Below are positions 28,931-40,119 of a stretch of DNA of 64,000 nt, in pieces. A model generated the notes under the pieces. That model worked only from the letters and a program-made list of their open reading frames with translations. It had not been told where the DNA came from and made no database searches. Location: assembly GCA_049582805.1 (NCBI GenBank), contig JBAUUR010000012.1, positions 244 through 64,243 on the forward strand, written 5' to 3'. Position 1 is the stretch's first letter; every line of letters begins with the position of its first letter. Source of the stretch: Gallionellaceae bacterium. GTDB lineage: Bacteria; Pseudomonadota; Gammaproteobacteria; Burkholderiales; Gallionellaceae. A program made the translations under genes and the position numbers.

Positions 28931-30100
28931 ATGATCATTACCCCCCTGCTTAAACTCGCAGCTGACAAGCAAGCTTCAGACCTGTTCTTTACCGTAGGCG
29001 CGCCGATAAATATCAAGATCGAAGGCGTCACCATGCCGGTCAATGCGCAAATTCTGAATTCGGAAGTTATCAAGAGCATTGCCTACGAACTCATGAAGCC
29101 TGAGCAGATCGCCGTGTTCGAGGAGGAAATGGAAATGAATTTTTCATTCCGGGAAAAGAACATCGGCAATTTCCGGGTCAACATTTTTCGCCAGCGGAAC
29201 GACATAGCCCTGGTCATCCGCTACGTCAGGCGGCATATCCAGACGGTGGAGGAATTGAGCCTGCCACCGGTGCTGAATGAACTCATCATGCAAAAGCGCG
29301 GGCTGGTGCTGGTGGTCGGTGCATCCGGGTCGGGCAAATCCACCACACTTGCTTCCATGATCCAGCACCGCAACCTCAATCACAGCGGCCACATCCTGAC
29401 CATAGAAGATCCCATCGAATATATCTTCGAACATGGCAAATCCATCGTTAACCAGCGCGAGGTCGGCAGCGACACCCTGTCTTATGAAAGCGCGCTGGGC
29501 AATGCCATGCGTGAGGCACCGAACGTATTGATGATAGGAGAGATTCTCGGCCGCGACACATTGAGGCATGCGCTGATTTTTGCCCAGACTGGCCACCTTT
29601 GCCTGTCCACGCTGCATGCCAACAACAGTTATCACGCGCTCAACCGCATCGTCAATTTCTTTCCCTATGACGCACGGCAGGCTGTGCTTTCCGACCTGTC
29701 CATGTCTTTGCGCGCGGTGATCTCGCAACGCCTGCTGCGCAGCAAAGAAGGCAAGCTGGTGCCGGCAGTGGAAGTGCTGCTCAACTCGTCACTGATCTCT
29801 GATCTGATCAGGAACGACGAGATAGACAAGATCCACGAAGCGATCGATAAAAGCGTGTCTCCCGGTTCGCAAACTTTCGAGCGTGCGCTGTACAAGTTGT
29901 TCAAGAGTGGTTTGATCACGCGTGAGGAAGCGATGCTCAACGCCGATTCCGCCAGCAACCTGTCATCCCTGATCGATTTCTCGCAAACCACGAAATTGAA
30001 GACTTATGATCCGAATGACGCAGCACCGGCTACGCCCCCTCCTCCGGTGACAGAATTTGAAGATATTTCGCTCGACTTGGACGGACCCCGGTCGTCTTAA
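28931..30100 (+). CDS. PilT/PilU-family type IV pilus retraction-type ATPase
   Basis: Walker A GASGSGKSTT, the Asp box, Walker B LMIGEI, and the His box LSTLHANN. Start at ATG 28931 with AGGAGA upstream. Confidence 0.8.
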   Translation: MIITPLLKLAADKQASDLFFTVGAPINIKIEGVTMPVNAQILNSEVIKSIAYELMKPEQIAVFEEEMEMNFSFREKNIGNFRVNIFRQRNDIALVIRYVRRHIQTVEELSLPPVLNELIMQKRGLVLVVGASGSGKSTTLASMIQHRNLNHSGHILTIEDPIEYIFEHGKSIVNQREVGSDTLSYESALGNAMREAPNVLMIGEILGRDTLRHALIFAQTGHLCLSTLHANNSYHALNRIVNFFPYDARQAVLSDLSMSLRAVISQRLLRSKEGKLVPAVEVLLNSSLISDLIRNDEIDKIHEAIDKSVSPGSQTFERALYKLFKSGLITREEAMLNADSASNLSSLIDFSQTTKLKTYDPNDAAPATPPPPVTEFEDISLDLDGPRSS

Positions 30101-30116
30101 TGAAAGTTTCCCGCAG

Positions 30117-31604
<1,488 letters not shown>

Positions 31605-31605
<1 letters not shown>

Positions 31606-32516
31606 TGGACATCAATTACTTTTCCGAAGCCAGCAAAACGCTCAAAACCGTGCGTGATTGCCTGCGGTTCGCCGTCAGCCGCTTTAATGAAGGAGAGCTG
31701 TTCTTCGGCCATGGCAGTTCTTCGTCCTATGATGAAGCGGCCTACCTCATCCTGCATACCCTGCACCTTCCGCTGGATACGCTCGAGCCATTCCTCGATG
31801 CCACGCTGACGCAGGTCGAACTGTATGAAGTGCTGAACGTGATCGAGAAGCGCGTGGAACAACGCATCCCCGCCGCCTACCTCACGCATGAAGCGTGGCT
31901 CGGAGATTTCCGCTTCTATGTGGATGAACGCGTCATCGTACCGCGCTCCTTCATCGCCGAACTGTTGCGTGAACAACTTGCTCCATGGATCGTGGATGCG
32001 CAGGCAGTCAGCCGCGTGCTCGACATGTGCACCGGCAGCGGCTGTCTCGCCATCCTCGCCGCGCTTGCCTTCCCCGACGCAGAAGTGGATGCGGCGGACA
32101 TCTCTCATAGCGCTCTGGAAGTCGCTCAACGCAACGTTGCTGACTATGGATTGCAGGCACGTGTCCACCTTGTCGAGTCTGACCTGTTCACCAATCTCGG
32201 TGGCAAAAAATATGACCTCATCTTCAGCAACCCGCCTTATGTGGACGCCAAATTGGTCGCCGAACTGCCACTGGAATACCTGCATGAACCCAAACTTGCA
32301 TTGGGCAGCGGCATCGATGGCCTGGATGCCACACGCGAGATCCTCAAACGCGCCGCCGCCCACCTCAACCCCGAAGGCCTGCTGGTGGTCGAGATTGGGC
32401 ACAACCGCGATGAACTGGAAGCTGCCTTCCCCGATCTGCCGTTCACCTGGCTGGAGGTGGCGGCAGGCGATGAGTTCGTGTTCCTGCTGCGGCGTGAAGA
32501 CCTGATCGATCGCTGA
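31605..32516 (+). CDS. prmB: Ribosomal protein L3 glutamine methyltransferase PrmB
   Basis: FGHGSSSSYDEAAYLILHTLHLP, VLDMCTGSGCLAI, SNPPY. Confidence 0.88.
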
Positions 32517-33331
32517 TGCCCGTCGAGCATTACGAGAACTTTCCAGTCGCATCCATCCTGCTGCCAAAATACCTGCGGCGGCCGGTCGAGATCATCTATC
32601 GCTTCTCGCGCCAGGCCGATGACTTCGCCGATGAAGGGAACATGCCAAACGAAGAACGTCTGGTGCAGCTGAATGGGTTTCGCGCCGAACTGAACCGCAT
32701 CACCAACAACGAGGCACCGCAGACGTCCCTGTTCCGCGATGTGGCAAACATCGTGGCCGAGCACCAGCTGCCGCTGCATTTGTTTTACGATCTGCTCGAT
32801 GCTTTTACGCAGGACGTGATAAAAAGCCGTTATGCGAATTTCGATGAATTGCTCGACTACTGCCGCCGCTCTGCCAATCCGGTGGGCCGCCTGTTGCTGC
32901 ACTTGTACCAGGAAGCGACGCCAACCAAGCTGGCCTATGCCGACAACATCTGCACCGCGCTGCAACTCATCAACTTCTGGCAGGATGTGAAGAAGGATTA
33001 CGCGATCGGACGCATCTATCTGCCGCAGGACGAAATGGCACAGTTCAGTGTCACTGAGCAGCACGTCGCGCAAGGCAGGGCGAATGCGGAATGGCGCGAC
33101 CTGATGCGTTTCCAGACGGATCGCGCCAGCGAAATGATGAAACGCGGCGCGCCGCTCGGCAGCATACTAACCGGACGCACCGGACTGGAGATGCGCATGA
33201 TCATCGCGGGTGGCAACCGCATCATCGCCAAGCTGCGCGGGGTCAATTTCGACGTGTTCGAGCGCCGTCCGGTGTTGCAGATGCACGACTGGGTTATCAT
33301 GCTGATGCGCAGTGCACCGTTTTCATTTTGA
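32516..33331 (+). CDS. hpnC: Squalene synthase HpnC (hopanoid pathway)
   Basis: HYENFPVASILLPKYLRRP...FSRQADDFADEG, the trans-isoprenyl diphosphate synthase head-to-head family. Followed by hpnD and hpnE. Confidence 0.8.
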   Translation: MPVEHYENFPVASILLPKYLRRPVEIIYRFSRQADDFADEGNMPNEERLVQLNGFRAELNRITNNEAPQTSLFRDVANIVAEHQLPLHLFYDLLDAFTQDVIKSRYANFDELLDYCRRSANPVGRLLLHLYQEATPTKLAYADNICTALQLINFWQDVKKDYAIGRIYLPQDEMAQFSVTEQHVAQGRANAEWRDLMRFQTDRASEMMKRGAPLGSILTGRTGLEMRMIIAGGNRIIAKLRGVNFDVFERRPVLQMHDWVIMLMRSAPFSF

Positions 33332-33334
33332 CCG

Positions 33335-33420
33335 TCCCCGCTCCCCACCCTTCTCCCATCAATGGCAAGGGGGTCAGTTCCCTCTCCCCATGCGGGAGAG
33401 GGCGAGGGAGAGGGGGAAAC
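33335..33420. repeat. GEG-type palindromic repeat between hpnC and hpnD
   Basis: ...ccctctccccatgcgggagagggcgagggagaggggg. Confidence 0.75.
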
Positions 33421-33432
33421 TTACTGAGTGAA

Positions 33433-34266
33433 ATGACCCCAGATCAATATTGCCAGCAAAAAGCCGCCGCCAGCGGCTCCAGCTTCTACTACAGTTTCAT
33501 GTTCCTGCCGCCGGACAAGCGCCGCGCGATTACCGCGCTGTACGCCTTCTGCCGCGAAGTGGACGATGTGGTCGACGAATGTTCGGACGAGAACGTGGCG
33601 CGCACCAAGCTCGCATGGTGGCGCGGGCAGGTCGCCGCAATTTACCATGGCATGCCGCAGCATCCGGTGTGCCAGGCGCTCGCTCCAATGGTGAAGCAGT
33701 TCAACCTGCCGCAGGAACATCTGCTGGAAATTGTAGACGGCATGGAAATGGACCTGAACCGCCACAGCTATGAAAACTTCAAGTCACTGCAACTGTATTG
33801 CTATCGTGTCGCATCGGTGGTCGGCCTGATGGCGGCGGAAATCTTCGGCTACACCGACCGCAGGACGCTGAAATACGCGCACGATCTCGGCATCGCCTTC
33901 CAACTCACCAACATCATCCGCGACGTCGGCGAGGATGCAAGGCGCGGGCGCATCTACCTGCCGCTGGACGAACTGCAACAGTTCGGCGTCGGCGCCAGCG
34001 ATATTCTCAATGGGCGCGAAAACGAAGATTTTTACAAGTTGATGCAGTTCCAGATCGAACGCGCGCAACGATTCTACCAGCAGGCATTCGAGCAACTGCC
34101 TGACGCCGACCGCAAGGCACAGCGCACCGGACTCATCATGGCGGCGATCTATCGCACCACGCTGGATGAAATCGGGCGCAGCGGCTGCCATGTATTACGC
34201 GAACGCATTTCGCTGACGCCGTTGCGCAAGCTGTGGCTGGCTTATAAGACGTGGTGGCAGAACTGA
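33433..34266 (+). CDS. hpnD: Presqualene diphosphate synthase HpnD
   Basis: SSFYYSFMFLPPDKRRAITALYAFCREVDDVVDE and the DxxED-like second motif IIRDVGEDARRGRIYLP. Start at ATG 33433; the listed ORF from 33091 reads through the repeat. Confidence 0.85.
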   Translation: MTPDQYCQQKAAASGSSFYYSFMFLPPDKRRAITALYAFCREVDDVVDECSDENVARTKLAWWRGQVAAIYHGMPQHPVCQALAPMVKQFNLPQEHLLEIVDGMEMDLNRHSYENFKSLQLYCYRVASVVGLMAAEIFGYTDRRTLKYAHDLGIAFQLTNIIRDVGEDARRGRIYLPLDELQQFGVGASDILNGRENEDFYKLMQFQIERAQRFYQQAFEQLPDADRKAQRTGLIMAAIYRTTLDEIGRSGCHVLRERISLTPLRKLWLAYKTWWQN

Positions 34267-34275
34267 TTAGTGTAA

Positions 34276-34342
34276 TTTCCCCCACCCTAACCCTCCCCCG
34301 CAGGGAGAAGGGACGATTGTTGTTTCTCCCATGCGGGAGAAA
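34276..34342. repeat. GEG-type repeat between hpnD and hpnE
   Basis: cccccaccctaaccctcccccgcagggagaaggg ... tttctcccatgcgggagaaa. Confidence 0.7.
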
Positions 34343-34348
34343 CACTCG

Positions 34349-35650
34349 ATGAATCCAGCCGTCATTGGCGGCGGCTACGCGGGCATGGCGGCCGCCGTCG
34401 CGCTGGCTGAGCGCGGTATCACGGTCACGGTATACGAAAGCGCGAAACAACTCGGCGGACGCGCGCGCGGCATACCATACCAGTCTTTGCAACTGGATAA
34501 CGGCCAGCATATCCTGCTCGGTTGCTACCATGAAACCCTGAGATTGATCGAGCTGGTCGGCGGCAATATCGAACGCGACTTCCTGCGTCTGCCGCTGCAA
34601 CTCACGCTGCACAACTGTTTTGAGCTGAAGGCTGCCAGACTCCCTGCTCCGCTGCATCTCTTGTTTGGATTGTTGACTGCACATGGACTGACGTTCGCGC
34701 AAAGGATGAATGCCGTGCGCTTCATGCTTGCCATGCGCCGGACGAATTTTTCCCTCTCCGGCGAAGGGGAGCGGGGAAACGGCATGACGGTCACCGAACT
34801 GTTGCAGGCTTATGCACAGGACGAGAAATTGCAGCGCCTGCTGTGGCAGCCGATGTGCATCGCCGCCCTGAACACGCCGGCACACAAGGCATCGGCACAA
34901 GTGCTGCTCAACGTCCTGCGCGACAGCCTCAACAGCGTGCGCAGCGACAGCGACTTATTGCTGCCACGCATGGATTTTTCCGCACTGTTCCCGGAGCGCG
35001 CGGCGCAATATGTGCAGCAGCGCGGTGGCGCGGTATTCACCTCATGCGGCGTGCAAGCCATCATCCGGCACGGCGACGAGATCGAATTGCTCAGTGCAAA
35101 TGGCGCGCGACGTTACAGCCATGTCATCTGCGCCGCCTCCCCCGCCAATACCGCACGTATGTTGCGCGCCGTGCCGCAATGCGAGTCTGTCGCAAACCTG
35201 ATCGAAAGCATTCCCTTCCAGCCCATCTTCACCGTCTACCTGCAATATCCTGAACAGGTGGTTCTTCCGCAACCCATGCTCGGATTCGACCGTTGCATCA
35301 CGCAATGGCTGTTCGACCGGGGCCGGATCGCCGGGCAGCACGGCCTCATCGCCGCCGTGATCAGCGCGGAAGGACTGCACCAGGAATGGGATCAGGAACA
35401 ACTCGCGCAGAACGTCGCGCAGGAACTGCATGAGCAGCTTGGCCTGGTCGAGCCGCCGCTGTGGAGCAAGGTCATCGCGGAAAAGCGCGCCACCTTTTCC
35501 TGCGAGCCCGGCCTCGTTCGCCCCGCCCACACCACGCCGCTGGCCAACCTGCTGCTGGCGGGCGATTACACGGCGGGCGATTATCCCGCTACGCTGGAAG
35601 GGGCGGTGATGAGCGGCATCCGCTGCGCGAAAGAAGTCTTGTCGGCTTAA
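34349..35650 (+). CDS. hpnE: Hydroxysqualene dehydroxylase HpnE (FAD-dependent amine-oxidase fold)
   Basis: VIGGGYAGMAAAVALAERG dinucleotide-binding motif, C-terminal LLLAGDYT, and operon context. The start is either ATG 34349 or 34331. Confidence 0.82.
   Translation: MNPAVIGGGYAGMAAAVALAERGITVTVYESAKQLGGRARGIPYQSLQLDNGQHILLGCYHETLRLIELVGGNIERDFLRLPLQLTLHNCFELKAARLPAPLHLLFGLLTAHGLTFAQRMNAVRFMLAMRRTNFSLSGEGERGNGMTVTELLQAYAQDEKLQRLLWQPMCIAALNTPAHKASAQVLLNVLRDSLNSVRSDSDLLLPRMDFSALFPERAAQYVQQRGGAVFTSCGVQAIIRHGDEIELLSANGARRYSHVICAASPANTARMLRAVPQCESVANLIESIPFQPIFTVYLQYPEQVVLPQPMLGFDRCITQWLFDRGRIAGQHGLIAAVISAEGLHQEWDQEQLAQNVAQELHEQLGLVEPPLWSKVIAEKRATFSCEPGLVRPAHTTPLANLLLAGDYTAGDYPATLEGAVMSGIRCAKEVLSA
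34748..34782. repeat. GEG-type repeat inserted in frame in hpnE
   Basis: ttttccctctccggcgaaggggagcggggaaac, translated as FSLSGEGERGN. Confidence 0.7.
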
Positions 35651-35710
35651 CTGATGAACTTCTGATCAGGCCACATCGCTGTTCCCTCCGTTTTGCTGAC
35701 AGGATGTTGC

Positions 35711-36445
35711 TCAGTGGCGCTGCCTCCTGGCTTCGTACAAACACACTCCGGCGCTGACCGACACGTTCAAACTTTCCACACTGCCGAGTATCGGGATGCG
35801 CACCAGTTGGTCGCAGGTCTCCTTGGTCAGGCGGCGCAGGCCCTCGCCTTCCGCGCCAAGCACCCAGGCCAGCGCGCCGCTGTGCCTGAAGCCGTGCAGA
35901 TCGGTTGGCGCCTCGCTGTCCGCGCCCACCACCCAGATGTCGCGCTCCTTCAGTTCGCGCAGGGTGCGCGCGAGGTTGGTGACGGTAATGTAAGGCACGG
36001 TATCCGCCGCGCCGCTGGCGACCTTTTCCACCGTGGCATTGAGGCCGACGGCACGGTCCTTCGGCGCGATGACGGCGTGCACGCCGAAGGCATCGGCGCT
36101 GCGCAGGCAGGCGCCGAGATTGTGCGGATCCTGCACCCCGTCCAGCACCAGCAACAGCGCTGGTTCGGTCAGCGTATCCAGCACGTCATCCAGGTGCTGC
36201 ACGCGCTGCGCGGCATCGACGCGCGCCGCCACGCCCTGATGGCGCGCATTGCCGGCCATGCCGTCGAGGCGTTTGCCGTCCACCGGGATGATGCGCACGC
36301 CGTTGGTTTCCGCCAGCTTGAGCAGATCGCGCACGCGCGGATCGCGGCGCTGGGCATCCACGTACAATTCCTGCACGCTGTCGGCATGCTGCCGGATGCG
36401 CGCGGTGACCGCGTGAAAGCCGTGAATGATTCTGGTTTCAGCCAT
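35711..36445 (-). CDS. rlmB: 23S rRNA (guanosine-2'-O)-methyltransferase RlmB (SpoU family)
   Basis: [11 protein letters not shown]..., [21 protein letters not shown], and position directly after rnr. Confidence 0.88.
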   Translation of the reverse strand: MAETRIIHGFHAVTARIRQHADSVQELYVDAQRRDPRVRDLLKLAETNGVRIIPVDGKRLDGMAGNARHQGVAARVDAAQRVQHLDDVLDTLTEPALLLVLDGVQDPHNLGACLRSADAFGVHAVIAPKDRAVGLNATVEKVASGAADTVPYITVTNLARTLRELKERDIWVVGADSEAPTDLHGFRHSGALAWVLGAEGEGLRRLTKETCDQLVRIPILGSVESLNVSVSAGVCLYEARRQRH

Positions 36446-36448
36446 GGC

Positions 36449-38686
36449 TCACCACGCACTCTTCTTGACGGTTTTTTTCTTCGGGGCTGTTTTTCCTGCT
36501 GCCGCTTCCTCTAGCTGTTCCTCCAGCACGAAATCTATCTTGGTGCTTTCCATGTCCACGCGCACCACCTTCACCCGCACGCGGTCGCCCAGGCGATAAC
36601 GCTTGCCGGTGCGCTCACCCAGCATCTGGTGCTTGGCCGCATCGAAGTGGAAATAATCCGCGCCGAGTTCGGACACGTGCACCAGTCCTTCGGTGTAAAT
36701 ATCGTCCAGCGCCACGAACAGGCCGAAGCCGGTGACCGAGGACACGGTGCCGTCGAACACGCTGCCGAGATGGTCGCGCATGTAGAAGCACTTGAGCCAG
36801 GCTTCCACATCGCGCGTGGCATCGTCGGCACGGCGTTCGGTCAGCGAACAATGCACGCCCAATGCGTCCCACTTTTCTTTTGGCTTGTATTGCTTGCCGC
36901 TCAGCACGGCCTTGATGGCGCGGTGCACCAGCAGGTCGGGGTAGCGGCGGATCGGTGAAGTGAAATGCGTGTAAGCCTCGTAGCCCAGCCCGAAGTGCCC
37001 GACGTTGTCCGGGCAATAGCGCGCCTGGCGCAGCGAGCGCAGCATCACGGTTTGCAGCAGGGCGGCATCGGGACGGCCCTTGATCTGTTTTAGCAGCCTG
37101 GCATAATCGCCTGCTTCCGGCACCTCGCCACCGCCCAGTTGCAGGCCGAATTCCTTGAAGAACTCGCGCACCGCATCCAGCTTTTCCGGCGTGGGGCCTT
37201 CATGCACGCGGTACAACACCGGATGCTGATGCTCGCGCAGAAAGTTGGCGGTACATACGTTGGCGGCCAGCATGCATTCCTCGATCAGGCGGTGCGCGTC
37301 GTTGCGAATAACCGGCACGATGCGTTCGATCTTGCCGTTCTCGTTGAACATCATCTGCGTCTCGATGGTCTCGAAATCGATTGCGCCGCGCTTTTCACGC
37401 GCGTGCAGCAAAGTCTGGAACAGCGCGTGCAGATTCTGGATGTGCGGCACCAAGGCGGCGTACTGCTTCGCCTCCTTGCCCCTGGGGTCGGCCAGCATCG
37501 CCGCCACCTGCGTATAGGTCAGGCGCGCGTGGGAAAACATCACCGAGGGATAGAACCGGTATTTGCCGATATCGCCCTTCGCGCTGATCTGCATGTCGCA
37601 TACCATGCACAAACGGTCCACGCTGGGATTGAGCGAGCACAGGCCGTTGGATAGCTCCTCGGGCAGCATCGGAATCACCCGGCGCGGGAAATAGACCGAG
37701 TTACCGCGGTTCAGCGCCTCCTTGTCCAGTGCATCGCCGGACTGCACGTAGGAACTTACATCGGCGATTGCCACCACCAGCCTGAATCCCTTGCCCTGCG
37801 GCTCGCAATACACCGCATCGTCGAAATCGCGCGCGGTCTCGCCATCGATGGTGACCAGCGGCAGGTGGCAAACTTCTTCGCGTCCGGCATAATCGTCCGG
37901 CGTCACTTCGGGCAGGAATTTCTTGGCCTGGCGTTCGGCATCCTTGGGGAATTCGTAGGGCAAGTCGTGCTTGCGCAGCGCGATTTCGATTTCCATGCCG
38001 GGATCCGCATAGTTGCCCAGCACTTCGGCGACGCGGCCTATCGGCTGGGCATGCTTGCTCGGCTGCTGCAATATCTCCAGCACCACCACCTGCCCTGCCT
38101 TCGCTCCGCCCGCACCGCCGGGCGCAACCAGGATGTCCTGACTGATGCGGCGGTTCTCCGCCACCACGTACAGGATGCCGTGATCTTCGTACAGGCGTCC
38201 AACCACGCGCTTGTTGGCATATTCCAGCACCTCGACGATATGCGCCTCGCGCCGTCCCTTGCGGTCCACGCCGGAAACCCGCACCATCACGGTATCGCCA
38301 TGCAGCACCTTGTGCATCTCTTTCGCCGTAAGCACCAGGTCACCGCTACCGTCTTCGGGAATCACGAAACCGAAACCATCCGGATGACCCTGCACCCTGC
38401 CCTTGATCAGGTCGAGCTTGTCCACCACGCAGATGGCGCCCTTGCGGTTGCGCATGACCTGGCCGTCGCGCTGCATCGCGCTGAGGCGGCGCGAGAACAA
38501 TTCCGCCTCTGCTTGGGTGATGTGCAGCAAGGCGCACAATTCTTCTTCAGCAAGCGGCGCGCCCTGCTCTTCCAGGGTCTGCAGAATGAATTCGCGGCTG
38601 GGCAGAGGATGCTCGTACTGCGCACGCTCGCGTTCCAGGAACGGATCGAGTTCACGGATGCTTTTTTTCTTGTTTTTCATTGACAC
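36449..38686 (-). CDS. rnr: Ribonuclease R
   Basis: RNB catalytic domain (DGETARDFDDAV, FTSPIRRYPDLLVHR), cold-shock domains, an S1 domain, and a basic C-terminal tail. Confidence 0.95.
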   Translation of the reverse strand: MSMKNKKKSIRELDPFLERERAQYEHPLPSREFILQTLEEQGAPLAEEELCALLHITQAEAELFSRRLSAMQRDGQVMRNRKGAICVVDKLDLIKGRVQGHPDGFGFVIPEDGSGDLVLTAKEMHKVLHGDTVMVRVSGVDRKGRREAHIVEVLEYANKRVVGRLYEDHGILYVVAENRRISQDILVAPGGAGGAKAGQVVVLEILQQPSKHAQPIGRVAEVLGNYADPGMEIEIALRKHDLPYEFPKDAERQAKKFLPEVTPDDYAGREEVCHLPLVTIDGETARDFDDAVYCEPQGKGFRLVVAIADVSSYVQSGDALDKEALNRGNSVYFPRRVIPMLPEELSNGLCSLNPSVDRLCMVCDMQISAKGDIGKYRFYPSVMFSHARLTYTQVAAMLADPRGKEAKQYAALVPHIQNLHALFQTLLHAREKRGAIDFETIETQMMFNENGKIERIVPVIRNDAHRLIEECMLAANVCTANFLREHQHPVLYRVHEGPTPEKLDAVREFFKEFGLQLGGGEVPEAGDYARLLKQIKGRPDAALLQTVMLRSLRQARYCPDNVGHFGLGYEAYTHFTSPIRRYPDLLVHRAIKAVLSGKQYKPKEKWDALGVHCSLTERRADDATRDVEAWLKCFYMRDHLGSVFDGTVSSVTGFGLFVALDDIYTEGLVHVSELGADYFHFDAAKHQMLGERTGKRYRLGDRVRVKVVRVDMESTKIDFVLEEQLEEAAAGKTAPKKKTVKKSAW

Positions 38687-38725
38687 AGAATCCCTTAACG
38701 ATTAAATTACGCGCCCTCAAGCAAA

Positions 38726-38812
38726 GCCCAGATGGCGGAATTGGTAGACGCACCAGGTTCAGGTCCTGGCGGTGGCAACACTGTGGAGGTTCGAGTCCTC
38801 TTCTGGGCACCA
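38726..38812 (+). tRNA. tRNA-Leu (anticodon CAG), class II with long variable arm, CCA encoded
   Basis: GCCCAGA acceptor pairs with TCTGGGC. Anticodon arm CCAGG-TTCAGGT-CCTGG. T-loop GGTTCGAGTCC. Ends ACCA. Confidence 0.9.
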
Positions 38813-39021
38813 TCAGAACTCATGCGGTCCGCAGCACCACTTGATTTTAGTGTCATCAGGTTTTTTGTTACCCGCAAAGTTACCCACATAATCTTTTCTG
38901 TACTACCTACCAAACTGCCTATATTGCCCATCAAAAATCCTGCGATATTCTAACACTATGATGCATTCCATCCCCCGCATAGTACACATCCTGCTTACTG
39001 CCCGCGCGTAAGCTATTGATT

Positions 39022-39306
39022 TCATCTAACCTGGGTACCCACACCAGATTCGCGCAATTGTTTTAACACTACTTCCGCAATTTCATCAGCCCCAGACGGC
39101 ACACCCTGTTGTAGTGAAGCCAAGTTTCGAATGATTTCACCCTGACGCTGACATGCAACCTCGCCATAGCTAGTAAGGGTCTTCATAACCTTTTCGTGCC
39201 CAAGGTACTGGCTCCACGCCTTGAACTCTTCCGGCGTTTTGCAGGCGGCTTGACCTAACCTGACAAGCGTATGCCTAAAACTGTGTGGGTACCTGCTTGC
39301 GCGGCC
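39022..39306 (-). pseudogene. C-terminal stub (about 90 aa) of a tyrosine recombinase/phage integrase
   Basis: Hand translation: ...YPHSFRHTLVRLGQAACKTPEEFKAWSQYLGHEKVMKTLTSYGEV... This shows the HxxR box and the LGH...Y catalytic Tyr box. The frame is closed by a stop at 39307-39309, so about three quarters of the protein is missing. It lies 210 nt from the tRNA-Leu 3' end. Confidence 0.65.
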
Positions 39307-39636
39307 TCACTTTTACCTAATGCTTGACTTTTGGGGGAAGTGCCCCCTACCGCGCTAGCTGTTTAGTCCTTTGCTCCTGAGCGGAAGGTCAGAAGGCGTC
39401 TACAAAGTCTGGGGGAAGTCCATGGTCATAGATTGAATGAGGTTCGGACTTGGAACGACAAGCTACAATAGCCACGGCCATGTTAACTCATTGGTATAAT
39501 TGCTTTGGCTTTTTGTTGTTACTTATTCAAGGTACAGATTAGTGATAGTAGCTATTGTCATGTCGAGTAGAAATTTTTCGTTCTTTTTGACACACTGCTG
39601 CCGCGGTGCAATCAGGGAAGCCAAGGGGGAATCCGC

Positions 39637-40119
39637 TTGATATTTAATCCGTTCCGTCACAGTAACAGCACACCGCACTTGGAGAAGCTGCATACGCTGT
39701 CACTCTTCGTTAGTCTTTCTCCTTCGGAGCTTGCCATCGTCGATGGCTTGCTGCACGAGCGCCACTACATCAAGGACGAAGTGATCTTCGACCAGGGCGA
39801 GGACGGCAAAGCTCTTTACATCGTGGTCGACGGCGAAGTTCTGATCTGCCGCCAGGGTGAGCAGGAAAGCGAGCGCATCGTGAAACTGGGAACAGGTACC
39901 TTTTTCGGCGAACTCGCCCTGCTTGACGATTCACCCCGCTCGGCACAGGCTCGCGCCGCCACAAACTGCGACCTGATCGTGTTCTTCCGCGACGACTTTT
40001 TAAGCTTGCTCGACACCCACTCGCGCATCGGCTCGAAGATAGAGCGGCAATTCGCCCGCCACCTTGGAGCGCGCTTGCGCGAACTGTCTCTAAAAGCTGG
40101 CGTCCACCAGCACTTGTGA
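39637..40119 (+). CDS. Stand-alone cyclic-nucleotide-binding (CAP effector) domain protein
   Basis: IFDQGEDGKALYIVVDGEV...FFGELALLDDSPRSAQARA. No HTH follows. TTG start. Confidence 0.75.
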   Translation: MIFNPFRHSNSTPHLEKLHTLSLFVSLSPSELAIVDGLLHERHYIKDEVIFDQGEDGKALYIVVDGEVLICRQGEQESERIVKLGTGTFFGELALLDDSPRSAQARAATNCDLIVFFRDDFLSLLDTHSRIGSKIERQFARHLGARLRELSLKAGVHQHL

